Source of the DNA: Allosphingosinicella sp.
Lineage (GTDB): Bacteria; Pseudomonadota; Alphaproteobacteria; Sphingomonadales; Sphingomonadaceae
Direction of reading: 5' to 3'
Assembly: GCA_036399955.1 (NCBI GenBank)
Contig: DASWMB010000065.1
Location: 1-35,414 of the forward strand
DNA length: 35,414 bases
The first letter of the stretch is position 1; each line of letters begins with the position of its first letter. Of the stretch, positions 1 through 11,322 are shown one piece after another. The translations under genes and the position numbers were made by a program. The notes under the pieces are model-generated. The model was not told the DNA's origin. It searched no databases and saw only the letters and a list, made by a program, of their open reading frames with translations.

Positions 1-103
1 GCCGAGTTCTTCCGTCCGCAGATTTGCAAAACCGCGCAATAGCGGCGGAAGGTAAACGTTTTTGTCTCTTTGCGTGGCCGCGCCTCCGGGATTAGTGGAG
101 GGC

Positions 104-2032
<1,929 letters not shown>

Positions 2033-2045
2033 CGCGTCGCTCCCT

Positions 2046-3212
2046 CTAGGCCACTGCGAACAGCGCCTGCTGCCGTGCCAGCTCCTCGGCGAGCGGGGCG
2101 TAGACGCCGCGCAGCCCGCCGGAGTGCGGCGTTGTGAACAGGCCGACGTGGGCGTGGCGGCTGTTATCCCAGCCCGGATAAGCGGTGACGGGGTAGAGGC
2201 ACAGGCCGCGGAGGTCCACGCCGCCGCGCATCGCTTCGCGCACCTCCTGCGCGACGTAGTGGAGCCAGGCGGGCCGCGCCGATCCTTCGGCGCCGGTCTC
2301 GGCGATGAAGAGCGGCTTGGCGTAGCGTGCCGCCGCCTCGGCCAGCATCTCGGCGAGCGGACGATAATCGTGGTGGCCGAGCGGGAGGGTGGAGCCGCCG
2401 TGCACCCATTGGTTGTCGGGATAGTAATTGAGGCCGATCGCATCGATCAGACCGGGCGCGCCCCCGAGCGAAGCCTCGCGGAGCCCGAGGAGCATCTCGA
2501 CCGCTTCGAACTGCCAGAGGCGGACCTCCTCGGCGCGGTGCCGCGCGTCGTCGTCGCCGCTTGAAGCAGCCGTGATGTTGATCAGAGGCTCGGCCGAGAA
2601 GAGGTGGCAGCCGGGATCGACCTCCCGCATCGCCTGCGCCGCCGCGATCGAGGCGCGCACCAGATGGCGCTTGAACCAGCCATGCTCGTCGGGGCCGGCC
2701 GGGGGAAAGTAGCCCGTCCGGACGGCCCAGGTGAAGAAGGAGATCTCGTTGATCGGGATGGCGAGGATCGCCTTGCCGGTGACGCTGCGATGGACCCGCG
2801 CCGCCTCCGCGGCGAAGCGCGCGAAGGCCGCAACCATCTCCGCGCTGCCTTGGTCGAGACCGTCCGGCGAGCCGTAGTGGAACAGGTCCCACATCACCTC
2901 CACACCGGCCTCCTGCGCCGCTTCCAGCATCGGGATCCAGGACGACCAGTCGTAAGCGCCGGGTGCGGTCTCGATCAGGTGCCAGCGAAGGCCGTCGCGA
3001 ATGGTGCGGATGCCGAGCGCCGTGCAGCCGCGATAGTCGGCGAGCGCCAGCCTGTCGTGGGCGGTGCTGTGGATGAGGTCGAGCCGCAGCCCGTCCTGGC
3101 GGCGATGGGAGGAGCATTCGAAGCCGGCCATGAAGAAGCTGGCGAAGGCGGGGTCGTCAGGCATGGGCGGGCCGTGCGGCAACGCGCGACCCGGCGCAAC
3201 ATCATCGATCAC
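2046..3212 (-). CDS. GH1-like beta-glucosidase family protein
   Basis: N-terminal FMAGFECSSHRR, INE acid/base motif, IGLNYY and IAETG nucleophile motif; start could be the ATG at 3164. Confidence 0.8.
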   Translation of the reverse strand: MIDDVAPGRALPHGPPMPDDPAFASFFMAGFECSSHRRQDGLRLDLIHSTAHDRLALADYRGCTALGIRTIRDGLRWHLIETAPGAYDWSSWIPMLEAAQEAGVEVMWDLFHYGSPDGLDQGSAEMVAAFARFAAEAARVHRSVTGKAILAIPINEISFFTWAVRTGYFPPAGPDEHGWFKRHLVRASIAAAQAMREVDPGCHLFSAEPLINITAASSGDDDARHRAEEVRLWQFEAVEMLLGLREASLGGAPGLIDAIGLNYYPDNQWVHGGSTLPLGHHDYRPLAEMLAEAAARYAKPLFIAETGAEGSARPAWLHYVAQEVREAMRGGVDLRGLCLYPVTAYPGWDNSRHAHVGLFTTPHSGGLRGVYAPLAEELARQQALFAVA

Positions 3213-3314
3213 CCGAGCCGGGACCGGGACTGCGGTGCAGAGCGAGCTGACCTGGTAAACGTCTCTGGCGAAAAGGGATTTTGACGGCTACGACGTGTTG
3301 CTGGGTGGAGGGGA

Positions 3315-6300
3315 TTGATCGTGGAGTTGATTGCAAGCGAGGGCTTCGCGGGTGCGGAGCAAGTGGTGGCGGGCAGCAGTCCGGCAGGTGTTCAGTACGA
3401 CCTGAGGCTCACGCCCCTCGCAGGCGGCGGGTTCGTTGCCGTGTGGCTCGAGGAGGTCCAGTTTGCGGCGCCCAAGGTCTGGGCCCGCCTGCACGACGCC
3501 AATGCGCGGCCGGTCGGCGCCGAATTCATGATCGACGATTCCGGCGCCCGTCCCACCGTCGCCGCACTTGCGTCGGGTGGATTCCTGGCCAGTTGGGGGA
3601 CCTACTCCGATCTCGGAATGGATGGGCGCGTCCAGATTTTCGACGCCGGCGGCGCTAAAGTCGGCGCGGAATTCGCGGTCAGCGCTCCAGTCGCAGGCGA
3701 TCAGGCGCCGACCGCGGCCGCCGGGCTAACCGGCGGCGGCTTCGTCGTTCTGACGACGCACAGGCCGGTCCCTTCCTCATGGGAATATCACACGTCGGTT
3801 TTCGACGCAGCCGGGCAGAAGGTCGCCGACATTCCGGTCAGCGGCGCCGGCTTCATCGTCACCGCAGACGTAACGGGTTTGTCGGGCGGCGGCTTCGTCG
3901 TCACGTGGGACGAAATGAATGGCGGCGGCTCGGTCCTGCGAGCGCAGATCTTCACCGCATCGGGCGTCGCTGTCGGCAGCGCCTTCCCTGTCGGCGGCAG
4001 CACGGTGCCCTGGCAGGAGCAGCCTTCCATCGCAGCGCTTCCCGACGGTGGCTTTGTCATCAGCTGGCGCGAGAATGAGGTCGACTCACGCGATGATGCG
4101 GAGGGGGCAGGACCCGCTACGGTCAAAGCCCAGCGCTACGATGCGTCGGGTCAGGCACTCGGATCGGAAGTCCTGGTCGCCATTGCATCTCGCTATGCCG
4201 TCGCCGGCGACGTCGCCGCGACTGCGGACGGCGGCTTCGTCGTCACATGGGATGATGCGTCCGGGGAACCCGACTCTGTCGCGCTCGCAGTGTATGATGT
4301 GAAGGGTCGGCTGTTCGATGCCGCCGGCGCGGCGGTGGGAGGCGAATTCCTCGTCAATGTAAATACCGCCTTCACCCAGGCCGCGTCCGAAACGATCGTG
4401 CTCCGATCGGGCACGATCGTCGCGGGCTGGTTGGACGGGTCGGGGTTCGATTTGGATGTCGCGCTGCGTGCCTTCTTCCCCGTCCGCCACGGGGACGCGG
4501 CGAACGAAAGCCTGGCTGGCGACGCTGATCGCAATGCTATCCACGGCCGCGATGGCGACGACATCATCTCGGGTGGCGCCGAAGGCGACGGTCTGTTCGG
4601 CGGCGCCGGGAACGACAGGCTCGAAGGCGGCGAGGGCAACGACCTGCTCGACGGCGGAGACGGCGACGACACGCTGATCGGCGGTGCAGGCGCCGACGAC
4701 CTGCGCGGCGGGACCGGCACCAACAGCCTCGCCGGCGAGGCCGGCAACGACGTCCTGCGCGTCACCGGCCCCGGCGCCGAAACCGCCGCCGGCGGAACCG
4801 ACACGGACATGCTCGTGGTCGGCTACGACGGGCTGTCGCTCGATGTGACCTCCAGCGCGCTTACCATTTCGCCCGAGGGAGGCTTTAGCGGCTCGATCGG
4901 TGCGGGCGACCGCAGCGTCGCCTTCAGCAGCATCGAGCGGATGAGGATCACGACCGGCTCCGGGAACGACAATATCCGCACCGGCAATGGCGACGACTAT
5001 GTCTGGAGCGGTGAAGGCGACGATATCATCGACGTCGGCAGCGGCTTCGACCGGGTTTTTGCCGGCGACGGCATCGACGGCCTGTCCGCGGATGCGAGCG
5101 CACTGACCGTTTGGGTCAGATGGGAGCTTTCGTACGCCCCCTCCTATATCGGGGCCGGTTTCGTGCCTCGATACCTCGGTATCGACTATCTCATGAACTT
5201 CACGTCAGGCTCGGGCGACGACTCGATCCGGACGATGGACATCGCGCGCGATGAACGAATCTCGACGAGCGCGGGCAACGACCTCGTCGCCGTGCTCCAT
5301 GGACGCGACGTCGTCGACACCGGCAGCGGGCTCGACACCCTCGAGATCGACTACCGCGGCGTTGCAGATCGAGTCGTCGCGACTCAACTCGGCGGCACCG
5401 CGCTCGACGGCTATAGCGGTGCCTTTGCAGCAAGCGACCGCAGCGTCAGCTTCAGCGGTGTCGAACGCTTCCGGCTCTTCACCGGCTCCGCCAATGACGA
5501 GGTCCGCGGCGGCGACGGAGACGACATGCTCGACGGCGGCGGCGGCAACGACCGGCTCGACGCCGGAGGGGGCTTCGACACGCTGCGCGGTGGCGAAGGA
5601 AACGACGTGCTGTTCTACGGCGGCGGCCTCACCGGCACCGACATGAATGACGGCGGCGCCGGCACCGACACGCTGGTGCTCCAGGGCAATTATCCGGATC
5701 TGAGGTTCGGCTTCTTCAGCCTGGCAGGCATCGAAGGCGTCTCGCTCCAGAGCGGCAGCGTCACCCGCTGGGGCCAGAGCGGCGCCAACAGCTACGATTA
5801 CGTCCTGACGACCGCGCAGGCGAATGTCGCCGCCGGGCAGCAGCTTAGACTCAACGGCCAGTCGCTCGGCGTCGGCGAGGACTTCGCGCTGAACGGCTCG
5901 GCGGAGACCGACGGCGGCCGCTTCCTCGTCTATGGCGGCCACGGCGCCGACACCCTCACGGGCGGCTCGAGCGGCGACATCTTCTTCTTCGAGGCGGGGC
6001 GGCTCGCCGCGGGCGACAGGATCGCCGGCGGCGGCGGCAGCGACGCGGTGGTGGTGAGCGGCGCGGCCGCTGGGTCGGGCGCTACGGCGCAGGTGATCAT
6101 TGCTACCGGGATGCTGAGCGGGGTCGAGGCGCTGTCGTTCAACGGCCGGTTCGCAACCGATCCGTCCGCGCGCCCGTCCTACGACGTGGCGATGGCGGAC
6201 GGGAACCTCGCCGGCGGGAGCCTCATCGTCAACGGCAGCTCGCTCGGTGCCGACCAGTCGCTGTCGTTCAACGGCCTCGCCGTCGGCGACGGCCACCTCA

Positions 6301-6719
6301 GGATCTTCGGCGGCGCCGGCGGCGATGTTCTGAAAGGCGGCACGGGCAACGACGTCATCGAGGGCGGCGCGCTCGGCGACGCGATCACCAGCGGCTCTGG
6401 TGCCGACAGACTGGTCTACCGGACCATCGCCGACTCGTCCGGCAACGCCTGCGACGTCATCACCGATTTCCACTTCGGCAACGACAGGATCGACCTCTCG
6501 CTGATCGACGCAAACGTTGCGACGGCCGGCGACCAGGCATTCGCCTTCGTCGGCAGCGCGGCTTTCTCCGGCAAGGCCGGCGAGCTGCGCGCGGCCTTCG
6601 ATTCGGGCACGAATCTCTGGGCGATCCAGGGCGACGTCGACGGGGACCGCGTCGCCGACTTCCAGCTCTACGTCTCGACCGGTGCCGGTCCGCCCCCCGA
6701 AGCGGACTTCATCCTCTAG
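3315..6719 (+). CDS. RTX/hemolysin-type calcium-binding secreted protein with serralysin-like C-terminal domain
   Basis: Many GGxGxDxL nonapeptides; N-terminal repeated GGFVV(T/S)W units; C-terminal DRIDLS..DAN..GDQAF..GELR..GDVDGD..ADF typical of T1SS substrates; start codon uncertain. Confidence 0.85.
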   Translation: MIVELIASEGFAGAEQVVAGSSPAGVQYDLRLTPLAGGGFVAVWLEEVQFAAPKVWARLHDANARPVGAEFMIDDSGARPTVAALASGGFLASWGTYSDLGMDGRVQIFDAGGAKVGAEFAVSAPVAGDQAPTAAAGLTGGGFVVLTTHRPVPSSWEYHTSVFDAAGQKVADIPVSGAGFIVTADVTGLSGGGFVVTWDEMNGGGSVLRAQIFTASGVAVGSAFPVGGSTVPWQEQPSIAALPDGGFVISWRENEVDSRDDAEGAGPATVKAQRYDASGQALGSEVLVAIASRYAVAGDVAATADGGFVVTWDDASGEPDSVALAVYDVKGRLFDAAGAAVGGEFLVNVNTAFTQAASETIVLRSGTIVAGWLDGSGFDLDVALRAFFPVRHGDAANESLAGDADRNAIHGRDGDDIISGGAEGDGLFGGAGNDRLEGGEGNDLLDGGDGDDTLIGGAGADDLRGGTGTNSLAGEAGNDVLRVTGPGAETAAGGTDTDMLVVGYDGLSLDVTSSALTISPEGGFSGSIGAGDRSVAFSSIERMRITTGSGNDNIRTGNGDDYVWSGEGDDIIDVGSGFDRVFAGDGIDGLSADASALTVWVRWELSYAPSYIGAGFVPRYLGIDYLMNFTSGSGDDSIRTMDIARDERISTSAGNDLVAVLHGRDVVDTGSGLDTLEIDYRGVADRVVATQLGGTALDGYSGAFAASDRSVSFSGVERFRLFTGSANDEVRGGDGDDMLDGGGGNDRLDAGGGFDTLRGGEGNDVLFYGGGLTGTDMNDGGAGTDTLVLQGNYPDLRFGFFSLAGIEGVSLQSGSVTRWGQSGANSYDYVLTTAQANVAAGQQLRLNGQSLGVGEDFALNGSAETDGGRFLVYGGHGADTLTGGSSGDIFFFEAGRLAAGDRIAGGGGSDAVVVSGAAAGSGATAQVIIATGMLSGVEALSFNGRFATDPSARPSYDVAMADGNLAGGSLIVNGSSLGADQSLSFNGLAVGDGHLRIFGGAGGDVLKGGTGNDVIEGGALGDAITSGSGADRLVYRTIADSSGNACDVITDFHFGNDRIDLSLIDANVATAGDQAFAFVGSAAFSGKAGELRAAFDSGTNLWAIQGDVDGDRVADFQLYVSTGAGPPPEADFIL

Positions 6720-6731
6720 GCGGTAACCGCC

Positions 6732-7493
6732 TTAAAGCCGCATCACGCCGCGGCGCGGCTCTCTCGTTCCGAGCGTCGCGGCGGTGAGCGGCGCGCCCAC
6801 GGCGAGCAACGCCGCCCGCCGCCCCTGCGGGTTGGTGCTGAGCTGCGCCTGCTCGCAGGGAAGCGTATGGGCGAAGCAGTCGTGCTCGAGGGCGCGGGCG
6901 ACGAAGGCGGCGGTGCGTGGCCAGCGCAGCGCGTCCGGCTCGACGCCGACGTAGGCGGCGTTGCGGAAGAAGCTCGCGATCGCGATGTCGGCAAGGCCGA
7001 TCTCGGGACCGAACAGCCAACCGGATTCCGGCAGCTGTCCTTCCAGGTAATCCAGCTCCCGCGGCAGGTCCTCCGCCAGCGTCTTCTCCACCCGCGCCTC
7101 GTCGCCCGCTTCCGCGAAGACCGCAGGGCGGACGAAGCGCTGATAGAAGAGGCCCCAGATGAAGACGTCGCCGAGCCGCGTATCGGCATATTCCTCCAGC
7201 CACCGCGCCCGCGCCCGGTCACGCGGGCTGAGGGGAAGCAGCGGCCGCTCCGGATAGGCCTCGTCGAGATAGGCGCAGATCACCGACGAATCGCACAGCG
7301 TCAGGTCGCCGTCGGTCAGGACGGGGATGCGGCGCAGCGGGCTCAGCCGCTCGAACTCGTCGCCGCCGAAGAAGGCCGTGATCGGGTCGATCTCGTAATC
7401 GAGACCCTTGAGGCGGAGGCAGGCGAGGACCTTCCTCACATAGGGGCTGACATAGCTGCCGACGATCCGCAGCCGTCCGCCGCCGGCGGTCAT
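6732..7493 (-). CDS. glutathione S-transferase family protein
   Basis: SPYVRKV, PLRRIPVL, DSSVICAYLDE and LADIA motifs; ATG at 7493 overlaps the upstream stop (ATGA). Confidence 0.9.
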   Translation of the reverse strand: MTAGGGRLRIVGSYVSPYVRKVLACLRLKGLDYEIDPITAFFGGDEFERLSPLRRIPVLTDGDLTLCDSSVICAYLDEAYPERPLLPLSPRDRARARWLEEYADTRLGDVFIWGLFYQRFVRPAVFAEAGDEARVEKTLAEDLPRELDYLEGQLPESGWLFGPEIGLADIAIASFFRNAAYVGVEPDALRWPRTAAFVARALEHDCFAHTLPCEQAQLSTNPQGRRAALLAVGAPLTAATLGTREPRRGVMRL

Positions 7494-8362
7494 TGCGCCG
7501 CGCGCGGAAAGGCGGGGAGCTTGGCGACGTCGGCGGCCTCGTGCTGGATGATGACGCGGGCGCCAAGGTTGCGCGCGATCCGATCGAACCGGTCCATCGA
7601 AGCGAGCGTATCCGCCCGGTTGTGGTTGAACGGCGGCACGCCGCGGTTCCGGACCTGCTCGGTGAAATGATAGAGATCGCCGGTCAGCAGCACCGGGCCC
7701 GAGGCAAGGCGGACGAGGAGGGCATTGTGTCCCGGCGTATGGCCTGGCGTGGTCAGCATGACGACGCGCCCATCGCCGAAGACGTCGCGGTCGCGGACCG
7801 TCGCCTCGAGCTTTCCGGGGCCCGTCAGCCAGTGCGCGAGGGCCGTCGCCGAGTCCTGATCGGGCGGCGGCGTCGCGCGCAGCGCGTCCGCATCCCCCCG
7901 GCCGATGAGCAAAGTCGCGCCGGGAAAACGGGGCGCCTGCCCGACATGGTCGAAATGCCAGTGGCTGATGCCGATATATTCGATCTGCTCTGGGCGGACG
8001 CCGAGCTCGCGCAGCTGATCGACAAGGCTGCGGTTGAGGCGCAGCGTCTGGGCGGCGTTGCTGAACGGCCGCCCGACGAGGGCATCGGTGAGGCCGGTGT
8101 CCCACAGCATGTAGCGTTGGCCGTGTCTGATGAGATAGCAGCTGCCGACGATATTCTTCGGCCCCGGCGGATATTGGAAGGTGTCCGAGAAGAAGGCGCC
8201 GTACTGGTTGATCACGAACTCGCCGCAATCGAGCCGCCAGAGGGACAGCGGCGCCTGCGCCTGCGGGCGAGCGGCCTGCCTCGCGGGCTGAGCGACGGCC
8301 GGAGCAGGCGTCAGCGCGGCCGCGGCGGCGATAGCGGCGGCAAGTGCAATCCTCATGATCAT
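7490..8362 (-). CDS. secreted N-acyl-homoserine lactonase-like MBL-fold metallohydrolase
   Basis: HWHFDH zinc motif, GHTPGH, GDLYH and QHE; Ala-rich signal peptide MIMRIALAAAIAAAAAL. Confidence 0.85.
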   Translation of the reverse strand: MIMRIALAAAIAAAAALTPAPAVAQPARQAARPQAQAPLSLWRLDCGEFVINQYGAFFSDTFQYPPGPKNIVGSCYLIRHGQRYMLWDTGLTDALVGRPFSNAAQTLRLNRSLVDQLRELGVRPEQIEYIGISHWHFDHVGQAPRFPGATLLIGRGDADALRATPPPDQDSATALAHWLTGPGKLEATVRDRDVFGDGRVVMLTTPGHTPGHNALLVRLASGPVLLTGDLYHFTEQVRNRGVPPFNHNRADTLASMDRFDRIARNLGARVIIQHEAADVAKLPAFPRAAQ

Positions 8363-8411
8363 GGATCCCCGGTTGAACGCGCGGAATCCTACTGCCGCGC
8401 GGCGCGGAGCG

Positions 8412-9047
8412 CTACTGCTCGTAGCGGGCCGTCGTCTTCGCCGCCACTTCTTCGGCGGTGACATCCGGCGCCAGCTCGATCAGGCGGAACGGTCCCTGGT
8501 GGTCCGGGCGGTGGAAGACGCACAGATCGGTGACGATCATGTCGACCACGTTCTTGCCGGTGAGCGGCAGCGTGCACTCCGGGATGAACTTCGGATCGCC
8601 GTTCTTCGACGTATGCTCCATCACGACGATGATCTTCTTGACGCCCGCGACGAGGTCCATCGCCCCGCCCATGCCCTTGATCATCTTGCCCGGAATCATC
8701 CAGTTGGCGATGTCGCCCCTTTCGGAGACTTCCATCGCGCCGAGCACGGTGAGATCGATATGGCCGCCGCGGATCATCGCGAAGCTGTCGGCCGAGCTGA
8801 AGTAGCTCGACGAGGGAAGCTGCGAGATGGTCTGCTTGCCGGCGTTGATCAGGTCAGGATCGACCTCGTCGTCATAGGGAAAGGGCCCGATGCCGAGCAT
8901 GCCGTTCTCGGACTGGAGCGTCACCTCCATCCCTTCGGGGATGTTGTTGGCGACCAAAGTCGGGATGCCGATGCCGAGATTGACGTAATAGCCGTCGCGA
9001 AGCTCCTTCGCGGCGCGGGCGGCCATCTGGTTGCGGTCCCAGGGCAT
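8412..9047 (-). CDS. scoB: 3-oxoacid CoA-transferase subunit B
   Basis: VNLGIGIPT, catalytic [14 protein letters not shown]. Confidence 0.93.
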   Translation of the reverse strand: MPWDRNQMAARAAKELRDGYYVNLGIGIPTLVANNIPEGMEVTLQSENGMLGIGPFPYDDEVDPDLINAGKQTISQLPSSSYFSSADSFAMIRGGHIDLTVLGAMEVSERGDIANWMIPGKMIKGMGGAMDLVAGVKKIIVVMEHTSKNGDPKFIPECTLPLTGKNVVDMIVTDLCVFHRPDHQGPFRLIELAPDVTAEEVAAKTTARYEQ

Positions 9048-9754
9048 CAGGCGGCCTCCCTCTCGCGCACGGTGCGGAATTCGATCTTCTTGTCGTAAGG
9101 GGCGCCGAGGATCATCCGCTTCACGTAGATCGAGGGGAGATGGATGCAGTCCGGGTCGAGGCTGCCGACGGGGACGATCTCCTCGACCTCGGCGACGCAG
9201 ATGCGGCCGGCGGTCGCCATCGGCTGGTTGAAGTTGCGCGCGGTCTTGCGGAAGACGAGGTTGCCCGCCTCGTCCGCCTTCCAGCCCTTGACGATGCTGA
9301 GGTCTGCGCGGATGCCGCGCTCGAGGATGTAGGTCTCGCCGTCGAACTCCTTGTGCTCCTTCCCATCGGCAACGACGGTGCCGACGCCGGTCTTGGTGTA
9401 GAAGCCGGGGATGCCGGCGCCGCCGGCGCGGCAGCGCTCGGCGAGCGTGCCCTGGGGGCAGAACTCGACCTCGAGCTCGCCCGCGAGATATTGCCGCTCG
9501 AACTCCTTGTTCTCGCCGACGTAAGAGGAGATCATCTTCTTCACCTGGCGCGAGCGCAGGAGCTTGCCGAGGCCCTCATTGTCGATGCCGGCATTGTTCG
9601 ACGCGATGGTGAGGCCGGTGACGCCGGAGCGCTGGATGGCGTCGATCAGTCGCTCCGGTATGCCGCAGAGGCCGAAGCCGCCGGCGCATATCGTCATGCC
9701 GTCTGACAGCAGGCCGTGGAGCGCGGCGTCGGCGTCGGGATAGATCTTCTTCAT
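9047..9754 (-). CDS. scoA: 3-oxoacid CoA-transferase subunit A
   Basis: [28 protein letters not shown]; ATG at 9754 (MKKIY); its stop overlaps the scoB start by 1 nt. Confidence 0.93.
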   Translation of the reverse strand: MKKIYPDADAALHGLLSDGMTICAGGFGLCGIPERLIDAIQRSGVTGLTIASNNAGIDNEGLGKLLRSRQVKKMISSYVGENKEFERQYLAGELEVEFCPQGTLAERCRAGGAGIPGFYTKTGVGTVVADGKEHKEFDGETYILERGIRADLSIVKGWKADEAGNLVFRKTARNFNQPMATAGRICVAEVEEIVPVGSLDPDCIHLPSIYVKRMILGAPYDKKIEFRTVREREAA

Positions 9755-10009
9755 CGCTGCTCCCCGGAAGAATTCGCCCCGCCGATAGGCGCTCGCGCCG
9801 AGTCTGGTCAAGCGAACCTGAACGACTCTTCAGTTCGGCTGCAACGGATCGCGCTATGAAAGATTCGCGCCGCGCGCGTCCCGAACTGGGACGGCGAAAA
9901 ACCCGCTGTTGTTCGTGCGCACAAGTTAAGGCAGGCCCCATTCTTGCCCGTTCCTGGACGGACAAAAGCAAAGCGGCTTCCCCCGAAGCCTGCAACATGG
10001 AGACTACAG

Positions 10010-10237
10010 ATGCGCGATCTGAACAAGTCCGAACTGACGTTCGTCTCGGGCGGCCATGGCGGCTGCTACACCCCGCCCCCGCCCTGCCCGCCGACCCCGA
10101 CCTGCCCGCCCTCCGGCGGCCGCACGAAGAACAACAACGGCTTCGGCAACGGCCCCGAGTCCGGCGACGCCCCGGGCAATTCGGGCCGGAACAACTCGCC
10201 CAGCGCGAGCGACAAGCAGAACAACCGCGGCCGCTAA
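10010..10237 (+). CDS. small peptide with double-glycine-type leader (75 aa)
   Basis: MRDLNKSELTFVSGG leader; GGAGA SD about 6 nt upstream; GC-ending codon use; own intrinsic terminator downstream. Confidence 0.75.
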   Translation: MRDLNKSELTFVSGGHGGCYTPPPPCPPTPTCPPSGGRTKNNNGFGNGPESGDAPGNSGRNNSPSASDKQNNRGR

Positions 10238-10264
10238 GCTTCGCAGCCGTCGACGATCAGGATT

Positions 10265-10302
10265 GGCGCTCCGAGCCCCAGGGCCCGGAGCGCCTTTTCT
10301 TT
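10265..10302 (+). terminator. intrinsic terminator of the peptide gene
   Basis: GGCGCTCCG...CGGAGCGCC stem followed by TTTTCTTT. Confidence 0.8.
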
Positions 10303-10306
10303 GGCG

Positions 10307-10603
10307 TCAGCGCAGCTTGGCGAGGACGCCCTGGAGCTGCATCGCATTCGACATGTCGCCCTCGACCTTCAATTTGCCCTGCATGAAGGCGGTCATGCCG
10401 TCGAGCTTGCCGTCGCGCATCGCTTCCCAGTCGGACCAGGCGACCTTGATCGTGGTGTCCGCCGCCGCGTCGTCTTCGGTGACGCGCTCGCCGGCGCCGT
10501 CGAGCAGGATCACGCCCTCGTCGCCGAAGTCGAGCTTCACCCGCTTGCCCGGCAGCCACGCGCTCCGCTCGTTGAGGGCCGCCGCCATCTCGCTCTTGGT
10601 CAT
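10307..10603 (-). CDS. SCP2 sterol/lipid-binding domain protein
   Basis: ADTTI and LDGMTAFMQGKLKVEGDMSNAMQL SCP2 signature. Confidence 0.9.
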   Translation of the reverse strand: MTKSEMAAALNERSAWLPGKRVKLDFGDEGVILLDGAGERVTEDDAAADTTIKVAWSDWEAMRDGKLDGMTAFMQGKLKVEGDMSNAMQLQGVLAKLR

Positions 10604-10648
10604 CTCTGGGTCGCTCCCGCGCTCGCTGTGATCCGATCGCCTCCACCT

Positions 10649-10668
10649 ACTTGACGTAAACGTCAAGT
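10649..10668. promoter_or_regulatory. palindromic operator, LiuR-like (TTGACGT-AA-ACGTCAA)
   Basis: ACTTGACGTAAACGTCAAGT: perfect 9-bp arms with a 2-nt spacer, about 45 nt upstream of the SCP2 start. Confidence 0.65.
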
Positions 10669-10726
10669 CAAGCGGGGCGAACCCGCAGCGCGAGGCGGTG
10701 CGCGGGCCACGCGTCCGTCGACCGGG

Positions 10727-11128
10727 TCAGCGGCGAGGGCGCCTCATGCCGCGCTCGTTGGTCTGGATGCAGCTGTCCGTCACCGTGCGCGAGCAGGGCG
10801 GATAATTGCGCATGCCCTGGCTGCCGTTGGCGGGGCTGCCGGTGCCGGTCCAGGCCCCGCTGCCCGTGCCCTGACCCGCTCCCTCGCCCGTGCCCTGACC
10901 CGTGCCCGGCTGCGCGGCCATGCCCAAGGCGGGATTGACCTCGCGTGCGCCGTCGGCGCGGTTGGTCTGCTGGACGTCGGGCATGTCCTCGCCCGTTGTG
11001 CCGGTGCTCGTCGGCTCCTGCTGCTGCGCCGGCTGCGCGCCGGTCTGGCCGGTCTGTGTCGGCTGTGCCGTCTGAGCAAAGGCAGCGCCGCCTACGCAAA
11101 GCGCGGCCGCGATGATCAGTTTCTTCAT
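10727..11128 (-). CDS. secreted low-complexity protein with C-terminal YPPCSRTVTDSCIQ motif
   Basis: Sec signal ending AFA-Q; AGGAGAGG SD; two-Cys C-terminal motif of a kind I recall from sphingomonad small proteins. Confidence 0.75.
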   Translation of the reverse strand: MKKLIIAAALCVGGAAFAQTAQPTQTGQTGAQPAQQQEPTSTGTTGEDMPDVQQTNRADGAREVNPALGMAAQPGTGQGTGEGAGQGTGSGAWTGTGSPANGSQGMRNYPPCSRTVTDSCIQTNERGMRRPRR

Positions 11129-11322
11129 AACCTCTCCTGTGCTTGCAGCCGCGGTCGGGGAACCACACGCAACGCCGGCCGCATCGAGGGGAACCCGCCG
11201 GTCCGCGCTTCGCTCCCGCTGTTTCGGCGGAAGCTCATCTGGATCAGTGACTTTACCGATCGGGCCTCGCCCGGGGCGCGGCAGGAGTGGAATTCGCTGC
11301 CCGCGGCGGCTAGGCGCTCCCG

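Noticed and set aside
4490-4800. Short periodic repeats as a CRISPR or VNTR
   Set aside because: They are coding RTX nonapeptide repeats with no spacer structure and no cas genes
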